A stretch of DNA of 61,680 nt from Bacteroidota bacterium (GTDB taxonomy: Bacteria; Bacteroidota; Bacteroidia; Sphingobacteriales; Sphingobacteriaceae): contig JAFDZK010000001.1 of NCBI GenBank assembly GCA_018267005.1, positions 1 through 61,680 on the forward strand. Reading direction: 5' to 3'. The notes under the pieces are model-generated. The model did no database searches, had not been told where the DNA came from, and saw nothing but the letters and a program-made list of their open reading frames with translations. Below are positions 58,810 through 61,680 of the stretch, in pieces. Numbering within the stretch: the stretch's first letter is position 1; every line of letters begins with the position of its first letter. The translations under genes and the position numbers were made by a program.

Positions 58810-59598
58810 ATGGAGGCATTAAAAAAAACGGGGTATGCGCCGGTAAACGGCTTGCAAATGTATTATGAAATATATGGAGAGGGCGATATGCCGCTGGTGT
58901 TGATCCATGGCGGCGGCTCAACTATCGAAAGCAGCTTCGCTAACGTTATACCACTTTTTCACAGCAGGCTGATAGCGGCCGACATGCAGGCGCATGGCCG
59001 CACATCCGATCGTAATACACCTGAATCGTTTGAACAGGATGCGGACGATATTGCTGCCTTGCTGCAATATCTCGGCGTGCCGAAAGCAAATTTTTTCGGT
59101 TTCAGCAATGGGGCCACTACCGCCCTGCAGATCGCTATCAGGCACCCGGGCATCGTCAATAAGATCGTAGCGCTTGCGGGCGCCGACAAAAGGGACCGTT
59201 TTCCAGCCGGCTTTTTCGACGGCTTCGAAGGCGCGACCATGGACCTGCTGCCGCCGCCGTTAAAGGATGCTTTTCTTAAAGTTAACCCTGACACCGCAAG
59301 CCTGCATACGATGTTCCATAGGGATGTGGAACGTATGAAAAACTTCCCGGATATACCGGATGACATCGTTAAGTCGATCAATGTACCGGTACTGCTCATG
59401 ACCGGCGACCAGGATGTCATATCGCCCGAAGCCACGATGAAAATGCATCAACTGATTCCCGGCTCGAGGCTGCTTGTGCTGCCGGGCCCGCATGGGGCTT
59501 GTATTGGAACCGTGGAGTCGGAGCCGGCATATCCGGGTAAAACGAACAGTATCCAACCTAAAATAACCGTAGACCTGATAGAGGAATTCTTAAATTAA
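58810..59598 (+). CDS. alpha/beta hydrolase
   Basis: LIHGG, GFSNG nucleophile elbow, GDQD, PGPH. Confidence 0.88.
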   Translation: MEALKKTGYAPVNGLQMYYEIYGEGDMPLVLIHGGGSTIESSFANVIPLFHSRLIAADMQAHGRTSDRNTPESFEQDADDIAALLQYLGVPKANFFGFSNGATTALQIAIRHPGIVNKIVALAGADKRDRFPAGFFDGFEGATMDLLPPPLKDAFLKVNPDTASLHTMFHRDVERMKNFPDIPDDIVKSINVPVLLMTGDQDVISPEATMKMHQLIPGSRLLVLPGPHGACIGTVESEPAYPGKTNSIQPKITVDLIEEFLN

Positions 59599-59615
59599 TT
59601 ATAAAAACCAAAACC

Positions 59616-60149
59616 ATGAGAATAGTAAATGATGCCGAAATAGAGGTACAGGATCGAGAGTTTGTGATCACGAGGATATTTAACGCGCCAAAAGAACTTG
59701 TTTTTAAAGTGTGGACGGAGCCCGAACATATTAAAAACTGGTGGGCGCCAAAACCTTTTATTGCCTCGCGCTGTGAGATTGACCTGAGGGTGGGCGGTGA
59801 ATATGCATACACGATGCGTTCCGCGGAAGGGCAGGAGTTTCCGCCTTACCAGGGCAAATTCATTGAGATCGTGCCGAACGAGAAGATCGTTTATAGCATC
59901 GACGCATTCCACCAGGCTGAAATGTGGAAAGCGCGGATCGGCCATCGTGTGGGACCTGAAGTCGATTTTTCAACACTGCAATCGTTTGTTACTGTAAAAT
60001 TCGAAGATGCGGGTGACAACACCACCCGGCTAACGTTCACACAACGGCTATTTAACAATGATGTACGCGACGCCATAGTTGAATCGGGTGCAGTTGAAGG
60101 CTGGGCATCGATTCTTCAAAACTTTGCGAATGAATTGGCAAAAGCATAA
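59616..60149 (+). CDS. SRPBCC domain protein
   Basis: TRIFNAPKELVFKVWT, DLRVGG. Confidence 0.88.
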   Translation: MRIVNDAEIEVQDREFVITRIFNAPKELVFKVWTEPEHIKNWWAPKPFIASRCEIDLRVGGEYAYTMRSAEGQEFPPYQGKFIEIVPNEKIVYSIDAFHQAEMWKARIGHRVGPEVDFSTLQSFVTVKFEDAGDNTTRLTFTQRLFNNDVRDAIVESGAVEGWASILQNFANELAKA

Positions 60150-60179
60150 TTTCAATCACAACAACGGAACGCTGAAAAG

Positions 60180-60569
60180 ATGAAGGCAACAAGAATCATT
60201 TACTGGGTTAGTACTGTGTTGGTCATCCTGTTGATGCTCTTCACAGCCATCCAGACGTTTGCTCATCCCGACCATAGGGAGGCCTTTGCCAGGCAGGTGC
60301 AATTCCCGGGTTACATGTTTGAAATGCTGGCTGTTGCAAAGATCCTGGGTAGCGTCGCCCTATTGGTCCCCGGCTATACCAGGATAAAAGAGTGGGCATA
60401 TGCCGGCTTCACTTTTGATTTGTCAGGAGCGCTCGTACTCTTCGCCGCATCGGCCGTACCATTTCCTGTTACCCAGTGGGTCCCGATGCTGGCCGGCGGC
60501 CTGGTACTGCTTGCTATTTCTTACATCACTTACCATAGAATACTAAAGGCAACAACATTAAACTCTTAA
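60180..60569 (+). CDS. DoxX-like membrane protein
   Basis: IIYWVST, AKILG, KEWAYAGFTF. Confidence 0.85.
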   Translation: MKATRIIYWVSTVLVILLMLFTAIQTFAHPDHREAFARQVQFPGYMFEMLAVAKILGSVALLVPGYTRIKEWAYAGFTFDLSGALVLFAASAVPFPVTQWVPMLAGGLVLLAISYITYHRILKATTLNS

Positions 60570-60573
60570 AACA

Positions 60574-60948
60574 ATGAAAGCAACAAAAATTATCTACTGG
60601 GTCTCTACGATCCTCGTTCTGGCAATGATGCTGTATTCGGCGTATGGAACTTTTTTCATCCACAGTAAGGAAGGCGACGAGATGATGAAGGCTATCGCTA
60701 TACCGATGTACCTAATGAAATTGCTCGCGGTGGGCAAAGCGCTCGGCGCTGTTGCCATACTAGTTCCCGGTTTTCCAAGACTAAAAGAATGGGCTTATGC
60801 CGGTTACTTTTTCGACCTGTCGGGAGCAACTTTTTGCTTTGCCGCGTCGGGGTTTCCGTTTAGCGCGTGGGTGCCGATGCTGGTTTTCGTCGTGTTGACG
60901 TTAGTATCCTACTTCACTTATCACAAACTGAGAGCACCTAAAGTGTAA
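60574..60948 (+). CDS. DoxX-like membrane protein, tandem paralog
   Basis: IIYWVST, PGFPRLKEWAYAG. Confidence 0.85.
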   Translation: MKATKIIYWVSTILVLAMMLYSAYGTFFIHSKEGDEMMKAIAIPMYLMKLLAVGKALGAVAILVPGFPRLKEWAYAGYFFDLSGATFCFAASGFPFSAWVPMLVFVVLTLVSYFTYHKLRAPKV

Positions 60949-60952
60949 TGCT

Positions 60953-61171
60953 ATGGAAGCAATGGTGGAAGTTTTTAAAACCAATGTCAGGGGAAAACGG
61001 CAGGCAAGAGCTTTGTTGAATATTTTATCGGATCGTTTCCCTTTGCTCCGGATCAATTTCGACCTGGACGACTGTGATAAAATATTGCGTGTCGAGGGAG
61101 ATGCTATATGCCAGGAAAGCATAACTGAACTGGTAGCGGAAAACGGATACGCATGTGATGTACTGGAATAA
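60953..61171 (+). CDS. small conserved Bacteroidota hypothetical protein
   Basis: VEVFKTNV...INFDLDDCDKILRVE...GYAC. Confidence 0.7.
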   Translation: MEAMVEVFKTNVRGKRQARALLNILSDRFPLLRINFDLDDCDKILRVEGDAICQESITELVAENGYACDVLE

Positions 61172-61188
61172 CAATAAAACCTGGAACG

Positions 61189-61680
61189 ATGGCAACAATA
61201 ACTTCAAAAGACGGAACAAAAATCGCTTACGAAAAGTCGGGCAGCGGCCCTCCGCTGATTTTGGTCGACGGTGCGCTATGCAGCCGCGATTTCGGCCCAA
61301 TGCCCAAACTTGCGCCGCTATTGGCAGAGCATTTTACGGTATTCATGTACGACCGGCGCGGCCGAAATGAAAGCGGCGATACCAAACCTTACGCTCCCGG
61401 GCGTGAAATAGAAGACATCGATGCGCTGATCAAAGAAGCAGGCGGATCGGCTTATGTTTATGGAATTTCGTCAGGAGCGGCTTTATCGCTGGCAGCCGGC
61501 GCTGCCGGGCTGAATATTACAAAGCTCGCCTTGTATGAACCACCTTTTGAAGAACCCGGAACGAGCGGCGGTGCACCGAAAGATATGCTGCCGCACCTGA
61601 AAGCATTAGTGGCGGAAGACCGCCGCGGAGACGCCGTAAAATATTTTATGAAAATTGTCGGCGTGCCGTCGTTCGGGATT
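61189..61680 (+). CDS. alpha/beta hydrolase, truncated by the window end (absent from the ORF track)
   Basis: MATITSKDGTKIAYEKSGSGPPLILVDGAL...YDRRGR...GISSG; frame open to the window end. Confidence 0.85.
   Translation, partial: MATITSKDGTKIAYEKSGSGPPLILVDGALCSRDFGPMPKLAPLLAEHFTVFMYDRRGRNESGDTKPYAPGREIEDIDALIKEAGGSAYVYGISSGAALSLAAGAAGLNITKLALYEPPFEEPGTSGGAPKDMLPHLKALVAEDRRGDAVKYFMKIVGVPSFGI

Overview
A 61.7-kb stretch of core chromosome from a Bacteroidota bacterium, most likely Sphingobacteriaceae (Mucilaginibacter-like). This is inferred from TAnnTTTG promoter motifs, gene content and a dnaA not followed by dnaN. It holds about 60 CDSs. These include a TPP-riboswitch-controlled thiamine cluster, aspS, a ribokinase/transporter/DUF4038/PIG-L module, trhO, a nucleotide-sugar operon (ugd-uxs-galE-rfbB-cpsB), waaA, ispH, hemH, asd, yebC, an iscA-like gene, a methylmalonyl-CoA mutase large subunit, dnaA, lemA-TPM-TPM, a Gfo/Idh/MocA + DUF1080 glycoside module and two ArsR-SRPBCC operons. 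I saw no tRNA, rRNA, CRISPR array, transposase or integrase. The most striking feature the annotation does not explain is a dense set of about 15 small elements. Most share one architecture: [7-, 8- or 9-bp unit]n, a loop, then [reverse-complement unit]n, with different unit sequences. Most sit between a stop codon and the next gene or promoter. Two of them bracket an entire AT-rich orphan gene with perfect 13-bp inner inverted repeats, and one of those is nested. Another is inserted as an 88-nt hairpin inside the TPP riboswitch aptamer, and a single arm lies in frame inside waaA. I propose, as inference, that these are a repeat-bounded gene-capture or insertion system whose enzyme is not in this window. 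All product calls come from recognising motifs by eye; no database search was run.
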